The notes: generated by a model not told the origin, from the sequence alone. A stretch of 64,000 bases of DNA from Acidobacteriota bacterium (GCA_965217775.1 CBDCJH010000002.1:5760001-5824000), one strand, 5' to 3'; shown: positions 1-7,987, counted from the stretch's first letter. Translations and numbers: made by a program.

Positions 1-102
1 CGCCGCCCCTGCCCACAATCGGTGTTGAGTCTCCAGGCGCCTTTCCTCCGCCGCATCGGTGCCAAGCAGATACGGTTCGTCCGACTCGAGGTGCTTGTCC
101 AT
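1..102 (-). CDS. N-terminus of probable class I SAM-dependent methyltransferase (partial, runs off window)
   Basis: Manual translation from ATG at 102 (AGGAAACG upstream): MDKHLESDEPYLLGTDAAEERRLETQHRLWAGAA. The 'YLLG..E..RL..Q' pattern is typical of this family's N-terminus. Confidence 0.5.
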   Translation of the reverse strand, partial: MDKHLESDEPYLLGTDAAEERRLETQHRLWAGAA

Positions 103-146
103 CGTTTCCTTCGCGGCGCTTTCATTGTTCTCGGACAGGCTCCTAG

Positions 147-217
147 CAGTCCGTGGTGAAAGTCCCGCGAGCACCGAGACCGTTCCTGCGCCCGCCGGAC
201 AAGGCGCGATGAGGGAG
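147..217 (+). mobile_element. MITE-like repeat copy 1, left part (interrupted by the IS110 element)
   Basis: CAGTCCGTGGTGAAAGTC...GATGAGGGAG matches the 5' part of the intact copy at 8256-8413; preceded by CTAG (143-146). Confidence 0.9.
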
Positions 218-272
218 TATCCATGTTGCAAATCTTCCGATTTTCCAGGGATTGTTTCCTCCCTGGTTAGAC

Positions 273-1226
273 TCATCCGACCGCCCTGACTGGCCGCGGT
301 GTCCACACCCGATCCTGGCTCAGCAGGACGTTGGCCAAAATCACCATCTTGCGCATGATCGCCGTGAGCGCCACCTTCGGCGCCTTGCCCCGCTCACGCA
401 GCTGGCGATACTTCTGGATGTAGTCCGGATTGTGTCGAATGGCGGTGAGGGCGGCCATATACAGCATCCGCCGCACCCGATGCCGGCCCCCGCGGATGAA
501 GCGACGTCCCTTCCAGGTCCCCGACTCCCGAGCCACCGGCGCCAGACCGGCCAAGCTGGCCACCGCCTTGGAGTCGATCTGTCCCAGTTCCGGCATCAGA
601 GAGAGCAGGCCCGCGACCGTGACCGGACCCATTCCCGGAATCGAAGTCAGCACTTCGGCTTTGCGCGCCAGCGCCGGATCGGCTTTCAGCAACTTGCGGA
701 ACTCGCCGTCCAGGGCCCGGATCTGGCGCTCAATCTGAGCCAGCCGCTGTCGCAAATGCCGCTTCACCATCGGGTGGCGCGCGTGGTGGCTCCGGTTGCG
801 AGCCGCCGTCCGATCCTTCACCAGCCCGTCCCGCGCCGAGATCAGTTCCTCCAACTGGCGCTGCGTGGGCGAGGACACGTCCACACGCCGCAACGGGAGC
901 GCCTCCCCCATCCGGGCCAGGATCCGGGCATCCACCGCGTCGGTCTTGGCCTCCTGGCCCAGCGCCTGCGCGAACCGCCGCGCCCGCATCGCGTTGACCC
1001 GAGCCAGCGGCAACCGAGCGGCCAGAGCTTCCTCCATCGCCCGGTGCCAGGGGCCCGTGGACTCATACACCACGCACCGGACCTCCGGTCCGATCCAGCG
1101 GGCCAGGGCCTGGAACCCTGCCGTGTCGTTGGGGAACCGCTTCGACCGTCCCGAAGGCCACTCGTGCACGTCCAAATGCGCCTTCGAGATGTCCACACCC
1201 ACCGTCTTTGAGGTATCTTGAGTCAT
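273..1226 (-). CDS. IS110 family transposase/recombinase (DEDD_Tnp_IS110 + Transposase_20)
   Basis: Motifs VGVDISK, YESTG and KTDAVDA give the DEDD tetrad. C-terminal SIPGMG and GLAPVARESG contain the catalytic Ser. AGGAGG RBS upstream. Confidence 0.97.
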   Translation of the reverse strand: MTQDTSKTVGVDISKAHLDVHEWPSGRSKRFPNDTAGFQALARWIGPEVRCVVYESTGPWHRAMEEALAARLPLARVNAMRARRFAQALGQEAKTDAVDARILARMGEALPLRRVDVSSPTQRQLEELISARDGLVKDRTAARNRSHHARHPMVKRHLRQRLAQIERQIRALDGEFRKLLKADPALARKAEVLTSIPGMGPVTVAGLLSLMPELGQIDSKAVASLAGLAPVARESGTWKGRRFIRGGRHRVRRMLYMAALTAIRHNPDYIQKYRQLRERGKAPKVALTAIMRKMVILANVLLSQDRVWTPRPVRAVG

Positions 1227-1235
1227 CTTTCCTTC

Positions 1236-1390
1236 CTCCTGTGCTTGTCGTGCGAGCCTTGACGCTCACGTATCCATTCAGGACGTTGGGAAAGACGGTG
1301 GCGGCCCCACTCCCTCCCGGCCCTTGACGGCCGGCATACATAACGGCCCGACCACCGCCGCCGAGGCGCCTCTGGCCAGAGGCGCCTCGG
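1236..1390 (-). ncRNA. Predicted IS110 bridge RNA (5' hairpin, target-binding loop, donor-binding loop)
   Basis: Perfect 30-bp palindrome at 1361-1390. Two internal loops are each capped by a GUCAAG hairpin (1323-1328, 1258-1263). Guides match the target (1334-1339, 1310-1316) and the donor (1270-1277, 1244-1249). Ends are approximate. Confidence 0.82.
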
Positions 1391-1660
1391 ATGGATCCTC
1401 CCAAAAGATCCCAACCCGTATCGGAATAACCCACCAGAAATCATGCCGGCGCCACCGAGCCAAGCCTGGACGATGGCTGGGTCACGGCCCTGCGCCTGCT
1501 GTCGCCACTGGCGGCGTTGACGGGGGCAGGGGGGGCCGGCCCCCCCTGAGACCCCCCGGATGCAAAGAGACACATACCCACTTGAAATCCCTGAAACGAG
1601 AGCCCCGAGGCCCCCTCGTCACCCGGAACCCGCCTGTGGAAAATCAAAGATTTCCCACAG

Positions 1661-1805
1661 GGTGCTCCCTTTTTGCTGACACCACAATCTGTACCCCCCC
1701 AAGAAGAAAGACAGACAAGAAATAACAGACAAGGGTGCTCCCTTTTTGCTGACACCACAATCTGTACCCCCCAAGAAGAAAGACAGACAAGAAATAACAG
1801 ACAAG
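1661..1805. repeat. Tandem duplication of a 73/72-bp unit at the IS left end, containing four ACAGACAAG copies
   Basis: GGTGCTCCCTTTTTGCTGACACCACAATCTGTAC(n)AAGAAGAAAGACAGACAAGAAATAACAGACAAG at 1661-1733 and 1734-1805; the units differ by one C in the C-run. Confidence 0.95.
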
Positions 1806-1892
1806 CATACCGGGAGTATGCGACCGAGTCGCAACGCAGTCCGCCGGGATGCAGGGACGGTCGAATGCCGTGGCGACTTTTGCCACGGGCTG
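1806..1892 (+). mobile_element. MITE-like repeat copy 1, right part
   Basis: CATACCGGGAGTATG...GACTTTTGCCACGGGCTG followed by CTAG (1893-1896), which duplicates 143-146. The two halves sum to 158 bp. Confidence 0.9.
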
Positions 1893-2312
1893 CTAGGTAA
1901 ACGTCGGAATCGCGAGCCCTTCGGATCGTCCGGCGGCGCTGAGCCGACGGTCCAGGGTTGCAAGAGGCAAATGCAAGCGGACCGCCAGTTCGAGATACGT
2001 GGCGTCGTAGACGGAGAGTCGGTGCTCCGTCGCCAGTTCAAGCGCAACATTCCAGACGCGGGACGTGGAAATCGGATCGATTTCGATCGGTAGTGCATCG
2101 AGAATTGCGTGAATTTGGCGCCAATCGCCCCTGGTGATCCGGCCCCGACGAGTCGCGATGAGGAGCACGTTTCCAACTTCGACGGGCCAGAGGGACGGAA
2201 CGAACGCCCTCCCCTCGATCAGCGATTCCCTTAGCTGATTCGTCGATTCCGTGGCCTCGTCGGGAAAGACCCACGCCATGGTCACCGAGCAATCGAGTAC
2301 GAACGCCATCAA
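1893..2312 (-). CDS. vapC: Type II toxin-antitoxin VapC family PIN-domain toxin
   Basis: FVLDCSV N-terminus, WPVEVGN, LSVYDATYLELA and LATLDRRL PIN motifs. Confidence 0.92.
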   Translation of the reverse strand: MMAFVLDCSVTMAWVFPDEATESTNQLRESLIEGRAFVPSLWPVEVGNVLLIATRRGRITRGDWRQIHAILDALPIEIDPISTSRVWNVALELATEHRLSVYDATYLELAVRLHLPLATLDRRLSAAGRSEGLAIPTFT

Positions 2313-2551
2313 TACTTGCGTCCCTCCTCGATCATCTGACGGACAGAGAGGCCAGCCAAGCTATGGGTCTCCTGAAACGCCTTCATACTATCGATCGCAT
2401 CCCGGATTTTTCCGGCGTCACGTGGTCTGAACGGAATCAACTCCGCCACCGGTCGATTGTGCTTCGTGATGACGAATCGTTCCCCCTCCTGCACGCGTTT
2501 CAGCAACCGCGACAGGTTCGTTTTGGCTTCGAATGCGCCCACTTCAGACAT
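2309..2551 (-). CDS. Phd/YefM family antitoxin
   Basis: VGAFEAKTNLSRLL..V..GE..VITKHNRPVAEL motif; overlaps the toxin start; GGAGGA RBS favours the ATG at 2551. Confidence 0.92.
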   Translation of the reverse strand: MSEVGAFEAKTNLSRLLKRVQEGERFVITKHNRPVAELIPFRPRDAGKIRDAIDSMKAFQETHSLAGLSVRQMIEEGRKY

Positions 2552-2584
2552 TCGACGATCCTCCATTATTCGCCCGGCAAGGAA

Positions 2585-2609
2585 ATAAACTATACTCAGA
2601 CTAGTTTAT
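2585..2609. promoter_or_regulatory. Probable autoregulatory operator of the TA operon
   Basis: AT-rich inverted repeat ATAAACTA-N9-TAGTTTAT just upstream of the antitoxin, overlapping a TATAGT -10-like hexamer on the minus strand. Confidence 0.55.
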
Positions 2610-2647
2610 ATGCGTGCTGTTTTCAATCCGCCGTCCGGAAAGGTCGG

Positions 2648-3631
2648 CTATTTCCTCTGCGGACCCGTCACGTCCCACCACATTCCTCCGTTCGTCGTTT
2701 TGAGCACGCCCCCCTCACCCCCGTAGTAGAGGGTCGGTGGAGTGGTCTTCGTATCGAAGACCAGCGTCCAGGTCCGGTTGGACCATTGCAGTCCGGCCGG
2801 CCGGAAGCGGGAACCCCCGTCGGTGCTTCGGAAGACGCCCTTCGTCGTTCCCGCGTAGACGTGACTCGGGGCGGCAGGGTCTACCGTCAGTGCCAGGATG
2901 TGCCGAGTCAGAGGCTCTTGCCCCGATATCCAGATCTGGCCCCCGTCCGTGGATTTGGAGACACCGCCAGAGTCGGTCGCTGCGTAGAGGACGCTGGGAT
3001 TCGACGGATCGATGGCGATGGCTCGAACGTCGATGTCGTACAAGCCGTTCCGATTCGCCGACCAGATCTCTCCGCCATCCGTCGATTTGTAGACTCCGTG
3101 CCAGGTGCCGGCATAGAGGATCCCCCTGTTGCCAGGATCACCGACGAGACAGCGTAGCGTCTTGTCGATCAGTCCCCGGTTCGCCTCTCGCCAGCTCTTC
3201 CCGCCGTCGACGGTCTTGAAGACGCCACCACCATCCGTCCCCGCATACACGATTTGCCCGTTCTGCGGATCGATGACCAGGCCGCGGATTCTCCCGTTGG
3301 TGATTCCGGAACTGGTGCGGGTCCATGACCGGGCCCCGTCTGTGGACTTGTACACGCCCATCTCGTAGGTGCCCACGTAGAGCACTTGCGGCTGCGACCT
3401 GTCCAGGATGATGGCGCGCGGAGAGAGCGCCTCGAGGCCGCTTGAGGGCCAGTTGTCCTTGCCGCCCGAGGTGGTTTTGCAGAGACCCTTGGCGGCGCCC
3501 GCGTACAGGGTTCCGGGATCCGTCGGGTGCAGCGCGATCGCCTGCGTCTCGCCGCCTCCTGGCGAACCCATCTGCGCCAGGCCCGGAACCTGGGACGACA
3601 CCGCTGCAAACATGAGCAGAAGAACTCTCAT
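2648..3631 (-). CDS. Secreted BNR/Asp-box (WD40/YVTN-like) beta-propeller protein
   Basis: Signal peptide; repeated G(V)YKSTDGG..W Asp-boxes; start overlaps the upstream stop (ATGA). Confidence 0.85.
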   Translation of the reverse strand: MRVLLLMFAAVSSQVPGLAQMGSPGGGETQAIALHPTDPGTLYAGAAKGLCKTTSGGKDNWPSSGLEALSPRAIILDRSQPQVLYVGTYEMGVYKSTDGARSWTRTSSGITNGRIRGLVIDPQNGQIVYAGTDGGGVFKTVDGGKSWREANRGLIDKTLRCLVGDPGNRGILYAGTWHGVYKSTDGGEIWSANRNGLYDIDVRAIAIDPSNPSVLYAATDSGGVSKSTDGGQIWISGQEPLTRHILALTVDPAAPSHVYAGTTKGVFRSTDGGSRFRPAGLQWSNRTWTLVFDTKTTPPTLYYGGEGGVLKTTNGGMWWDVTGPQRK

Positions 3632-5583
3632 TGGAGTCCGTCCGGCCCGTCCCACGGAAAGGCATATCGAGGCGTCGAAACGAATCGATCGAGTCCGATC
3701 TTGAGAGTGATGCCCGTTCCAGGTTCGAGGTCGACTCGGAAATACGTTCCATTGGCCTGAGTCGTTCGGCTTTCGGCCTCGTCGGCATCAGGCGGACTGG
3801 AGCCCGGCACCCATGCCGATGCCGCCGCTTGGTACGCGACGTCCCTGATTCGATGCTCGCCGTAGGCCCCGCCCTGGACGATCAGCCTCCGCTTCTCGAA
3901 CAGGTTCGTGTTGACGAGTTCGACGGTCACCGAATCCGACGCAATCCCGGTGACCAGCGCCGCGACGCCTTGCGGCAGTCCGGCCTGGCGCTTGTCGAGG
4001 TCGAAGTAGCGGACGTACGAATGCAGCATCTCTCCGCGCTTGTGTACCGGCAGTCCTCCAATCGTGAGCCGCACCAGGTTGTCCGTCGGCATGGGCTCGA
4101 GTGAGAGCCAGTGCGCGTCGTACCAGGTTTCGGGATCTCCGTGCTCATTGAGGATCCGCGCGAGCCGGCGCTGGACGAACTCCAGATCCCGGCGGAACGC
4201 GTCAACGGGAAACTGCGAATTTTTCCCTTGTACGAAGTAGGCCCACGCCAAATCGGGGTCGCGAAGTTCTCCTCGCGCCTTTTCGAGCTCGGCGAGGCGT
4301 TCGACCTGACCCCAGTCCTGCCCGGCCTGCGACATGTGCCAGAGCTGGACGTACGGGGAGGACGGCTCCTTGGTGAAGTGGTGCCACTTGCGGCGGCCGT
4401 CGAAACGGATGGGCACCATGGCGACGCCGTCCCGGACCTCCCCGCGTGTCCTCATCACCCGTGTCTGGCTCCGGGGCAGGTCCAGCCAGTGCGTCTCGCC
4501 TGTCATCAGCAGAACCGCCTTGGATGCGGTCAGGGTCGCCAGCACGATGTCCGTGCCGCCCCGCGGCCATTTCCAGCCGTAGTACCCGCCCCACCAGTGG
4601 CCTCCGGTGTACTCCCCGATCTTCCCGCTGAGGCCGACGTTGTCAGGGGTGATCCCGCCGTTCAATTCTGTGAGCTCGATCCATTTGCTCACGTAGTCGA
4701 CGATCCACCGGCGGTACTTCTCGTCCCCCGTATAAAGGAATGCGTTGGCGACCAAAGGCACTGCTGTGAGATTGATGGGAAAGTCTCCCCGTGCCATGCG
4801 GTCGCTCATGGTCTCGACGATCCGCCCGAACTGGTCGTCCTCGGGACCATCGTTGATCCATCCCGTCGGGGAGTTCACGCCCGGGATGTCGTCGAAGGGC
4901 AAGTGGTAATAGGCGAGGTTCGCGTTCGTCGGTATCCAGTCGCGCTTCGTCCATTGCAGCTTCGGACCGCGGCTGCCCGTCATCGAGGCACGCATCAGCC
5001 TCTGCTCAGTGTTGTAGTTGGGCGCTTCGGGATCCTCGCCGGTGTACATGGCCGCAAAGCGGATCGACCGGTTCCGGAAGACTTTGTCATGCGGATCCGC
5101 CATCCCCAAGGGGTAGAAGGACACGTAGCCCTCCCCGTGGTGCATCCAGTCCCAGTTGCTGTCGAATTCGCGGTAGATCTGACCATACCGTGTGAACTGC
5201 CGGGTGATGCCTTCCCAGACCCGGCGGTGGAGGATATCCAGCTCCTTGGAGCCTCCGAGCACGTGGTGCAGAGAGAGGCCGCGGAACCCCTCGTATGCAT
5301 CGTCCGAGGAGTTCATTCCACCCTCGTACCGTTCCTTCCATCGCAAACTGCCGTCGGGGAGTGTGTAGGCCTTGACGAACTCGGCGCCGGCGCGATCCAG
5401 CGTTTCGATGAGGTGACGCTGCAAGACAGCCCAGGTGGGGGCCGGACGTGGAACGTCAGCGCGGATGACGGGAATTCCAGAAAGAGGCTCGCCCCGTCCG
5501 GCGGCGGCGACCGCACCCGATGCAAGCACAGCAAACTGCACCGCCGCGGCAGCCTGTAGCAGGAAGCGTTGCCGACTCGTCAT
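3628..5583 (-). CDS. Conserved hypothetical exported protein (probable alpha/alpha-toroid enzyme family), paralog of 23318-25191
   Basis: Long ORF with signal-like N-terminus. Shares DDAxE, EF...DWxHxGE, EDPxAPNY, GSRGP, PxNxG, WxGGxYGW, RYFD and GAYGEH motifs with the paralog. Confidence 0.75.
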   Translation of the reverse strand: MTSRQRFLLQAAAAVQFAVLASGAVAAAGRGEPLSGIPVIRADVPRPAPTWAVLQRHLIETLDRAGAEFVKAYTLPDGSLRWKERYEGGMNSSDDAYEGFRGLSLHHVLGGSKELDILHRRVWEGITRQFTRYGQIYREFDSNWDWMHHGEGYVSFYPLGMADPHDKVFRNRSIRFAAMYTGEDPEAPNYNTEQRLMRASMTGSRGPKLQWTKRDWIPTNANLAYYHLPFDDIPGVNSPTGWINDGPEDDQFGRIVETMSDRMARGDFPINLTAVPLVANAFLYTGDEKYRRWIVDYVSKWIELTELNGGITPDNVGLSGKIGEYTGGHWWGGYYGWKWPRGGTDIVLATLTASKAVLLMTGETHWLDLPRSQTRVMRTRGEVRDGVAMVPIRFDGRRKWHHFTKEPSSPYVQLWHMSQAGQDWGQVERLAELEKARGELRDPDLAWAYFVQGKNSQFPVDAFRRDLEFVQRRLARILNEHGDPETWYDAHWLSLEPMPTDNLVRLTIGGLPVHKRGEMLHSYVRYFDLDKRQAGLPQGVAALVTGIASDSVTVELVNTNLFEKRRLIVQGGAYGEHRIRDVAYQAAASAWVPGSSPPDADEAESRTTQANGTYFRVDLEPGTGITLKIGLDRFVSTPRYAFPWDGPDGLQ

Positions 5584-5821
5584 AGAAGGAATCGACAATC
5601 AAACTACCACTATTGCCATTCCTTTTCCGGGTGCAGGCCAGTGGCACGCCCAGCATCGCTCCGCTTCGCGACCATCCGGATGCCGTGTGTGGCACCGTCC
5701 ATTCCATACCCGGCAATCCAGAATAGATTGACTTTGATTTCGGTAGGGCGAGGGCGCCGTGCTCTCGCTTCGTAGCCAATTCTTGCGGACTGGGCAGCGC
5801 CCTTGGCCAGTCCGGTTTGTC

Positions 5822-7084
5822 TCAGCTTCGCCAGAATTGCGACTCCCGGGGGGCTTGGTAGCTCACCGACAAGTGGGGCGTCTCGAGAGTTTTTCCGTCT
5901 TGGGCGAGTGACCGAACCCCGGCCTCGACCAGGCCGGAGGTGAGCAGCGTCCGTTCCGCCGGATAGGGGGCACTTCCCGTCAGCACCATCTCCTCCACCT
6001 TGGACATCAGGGCCGCTGAATAAACGACGTTGGGACTCGGGGGAAGGTAGAACAGGGTAGAGAGAGGCTCCGCGCGATCCGAGAGCCGGGCGGCGAAGGT
6101 GAAGTCTCCGACCAGGCCGTTCAGGAGCAGCATGGTGGCCTTCAATCCATCGTTGTACTGGAAACGGTAAACGACCGGTTCCTCCACCCATTGCCGGATC
6201 TGCTCAGAGCTGGGATACCGGTGGTTCACGTCTTCCGCCTGTGTGAGCGTGTGGCTGCGGGAGAGGCACGAGTGGAACAGTTGCGGGTCCCAGCCTCCGC
6301 CGTCAAAGGAGCCTTTTCCCATGGCGTCCCAGACCGGATCGCCCCGCAGTCCCTGGAGCCAGGCGACTCCGGTTTCACCGCCGCGGCGGCGTTCGGCCAT
6401 GCACTGGATCGTTTCCAGGGCATGGAAGTCATAGCTGTCCACGCCGCCCATGGCCACGCACATCACTTCCTCGACCTCGGCTCCATGGGGCATGTCGATG
6501 TCCGGCATTCTCCAGGTGACGGGCAAAGATGAGCCCGCCAGAAACGGAAACCCCATGGTTCGGGCCGTGTCGACCATCTCCTTGGCCCAGGCCCATTTCC
6601 AGGAAAGATGTTTGTCATTGAAGACGGGTACCGTAAGACCGTCCTGCTTGAAGACTTCTACGATTTCCTTGAAGAATTCGTAGCGGGGATAGAGCGTTTG
6701 GCCCAGGTCGTTGACCGGGTATTTTCCGTGTTCGCCGATCAAGAGAACGACGTCGACGGCCAGTTTGTCACCGCCGCAGCGTAGAGCCTCGGCGATGGTG
6801 GGATAGATGTGGAACCCGAACTCCCGCGCCCGGTGACGGCTCAGGTCGTTCTTCGGTTCCTGGTCCACATAGGCCGAAGCCAGTTCGATCGGAGACCGGT
6901 GCCACCGTCCCTCCATGGGGTATCCCGCCAGGAATCGCTCCCCCATGTGCCAGGCATGGGACCGGAATCGCCATTCGGTGGTCACGAGAGCCAGACGCTT
7001 GGCTTGCCTCGGCTTGGTCCAAAGTAGAGGCGCGGCCGCCAGGCTGCTCCCCAGGGCTCCGATGAAGGTGCGTCGCTGGATCAT
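5822..7084 (-). CDS. Tat-exported hypothetical protein, Gfo/Idh/MocA-like fold (copy A)
   Basis: QRRTFI twin-arginine signal; VLLIGEHG, PVFNDKHL, AGSSLP and YDFHALE motifs; near-identical to 8556-9818. Confidence 0.75.
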   Translation of the reverse strand: MIQRRTFIGALGSSLAAAPLLWTKPRQAKRLALVTTEWRFRSHAWHMGERFLAGYPMEGRWHRSPIELASAYVDQEPKNDLSRHRAREFGFHIYPTIAEALRCGGDKLAVDVVLLIGEHGKYPVNDLGQTLYPRYEFFKEIVEVFKQDGLTVPVFNDKHLSWKWAWAKEMVDTARTMGFPFLAGSSLPVTWRMPDIDMPHGAEVEEVMCVAMGGVDSYDFHALETIQCMAERRRGGETGVAWLQGLRGDPVWDAMGKGSFDGGGWDPQLFHSCLSRSHTLTQAEDVNHRYPSSEQIRQWVEEPVVYRFQYNDGLKATMLLLNGLVGDFTFAARLSDRAEPLSTLFYLPPSPNVVYSAALMSKVEEMVLTGSAPYPAERTLLTSGLVEAGVRSLAQDGKTLETPHLSVSYQAPRESQFWRS

Positions 7085-7195
7085 CGTCGGATCTCCGTCA
7101 GGTCAATTGTGAATTCATTTCTCGCACGGCGGCTGCGGGCCGGCTGAACTTCCATCCCGCTCTCAGGGGAACGGCGGCAACCCCAGGATCCGCTC

Positions 7196-7987
7196 GGCGG
7201 AGACTCGCTACAGGGAAGATATCACCTGCTGCGCCTGCACCCATTGTCAGTCGCCGAACTGGGCCTCGAGTCTGCGGATGACTTCGCACAATTGTTGAAG
7301 CTGGGCGGATTTCCCGAACCGTTCTTTTCGGGTTCCGAGGTTCAGGCGCGGCGCTGGTCGAGGGGATATCGGAATCTGCTAATTCGCGAAGAGATCAGGG
7401 AACTGGAACGGATCCAGGATCTGGGAAACCTCGAGTTGCTTGTCATGCGCCTGCCGGAACTGGTCGGATCATTGCTCTCACTCAACGCGCTCCGGGAAGA
7501 TCTGCAAGTGAGCCACAAGGCGATCCGCAATTGGGTGGCCGCGTTGGAACGGCTCTACGCCCTGTTTCGGATCTCCCCGTTCGGCAGCCCCAAGATCAGG
7601 GCGATCAAGAAGGCGCAGAAGCACTACCATTTCGATTGGTCACTGGTTCCCCGGCGCGGTCCGCGGCTCGAAAACCTGATCGCCGCGCATTTGTTGAAGT
7701 GGGTCCACTACCGGCAGGACGCCGAGGGGCTTGATCTCGACCTCCAGTTCTTTCGCGATACCGATGGGCGCGAGGTGGACTTCATTGTCACCGACAGGAG
7801 GCAGCCCGTACTGGCGGTCGAATGCAAGTGGTTCCAGTCGAGTCCGGACCGGAGCCTTCGCTACTGGAAAAAACGGTTCCCGGAATGCGAGAGCTGGATG
7901 GTGACAGCCCGCGAGGGGCGGGAATTCGTAACGGCGGACGGGATTCGAGTGTGCCATGCACTCAGGTTTCTCAGTCGTCTCATCTGA
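7196..7987 (+). pseudogene. 5'-truncated AAA+ ATPase / DUF4143 protein
   Basis: Homology starts at GGDSLQGRY..LHPLS. It has GGFPE, KHYHFD, ENL and REVDF..ECK motifs. The Walker A region is absent and there is an in-frame stop at 7145. Confidence 0.7.

Larger units (their letters stand above)
216..1805 (-). mobile_element. IS110-family insertion sequence (bridge-recombinase type), AG/CT core at both junctions
   Basis: The MITE sequence GAGGGAG^CATACC is split. The dinucleotide AG (CT on the element strand) is present at 216-217 and 1804-1805. No terminal inverted repeats and no longer target duplication, as expected for IS110. Confidence 0.9.

Noticed and set aside
213-220. GGGAGTAT at 213-220 and 1812-1819 as an 8-bp target-site duplication
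   Set aside because: The second copy is native MITE sequence, present in uninterrupted copies. The 2-bp AG/CT core model restores the MITE exactly and fits the guides.
245-266. Hairpin after the transposase as an intrinsic terminator
   Set aside because: It is followed by AAAA, not a U-tract, on the transposase strand.
59-289. Short ORFs overlapping MITE copies (59-289, 1644-1886, 8153-8344, 41187-41537, 53077-53455, 56100-56422) and 5' extensions such as 41308
   Set aside because: They are translations of the repeat itself in various frames, with no consistent start, stop or RBS between copies.
252-1211. Long antisense or alternate-frame ORFs (e.g. 252-1211, 10647-12341, 19189-20970, 37236-38891, 60403-61833)
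   Set aside because: Shadow ORFs typical of high-GC DNA, overlapping well-supported genes and lacking recognisable motifs.
1661-1805. 72/73-bp repeats as a mini CRISPR array
   Set aside because: The whole unit is duplicated, so the would-be spacers are identical; only two units.
7244-7987. DUF4143 ATPase as an intact defence gene
   Set aside because: It lacks the Walker A-containing N-terminus and has an upstream in-frame stop, so it is treated as a remnant.
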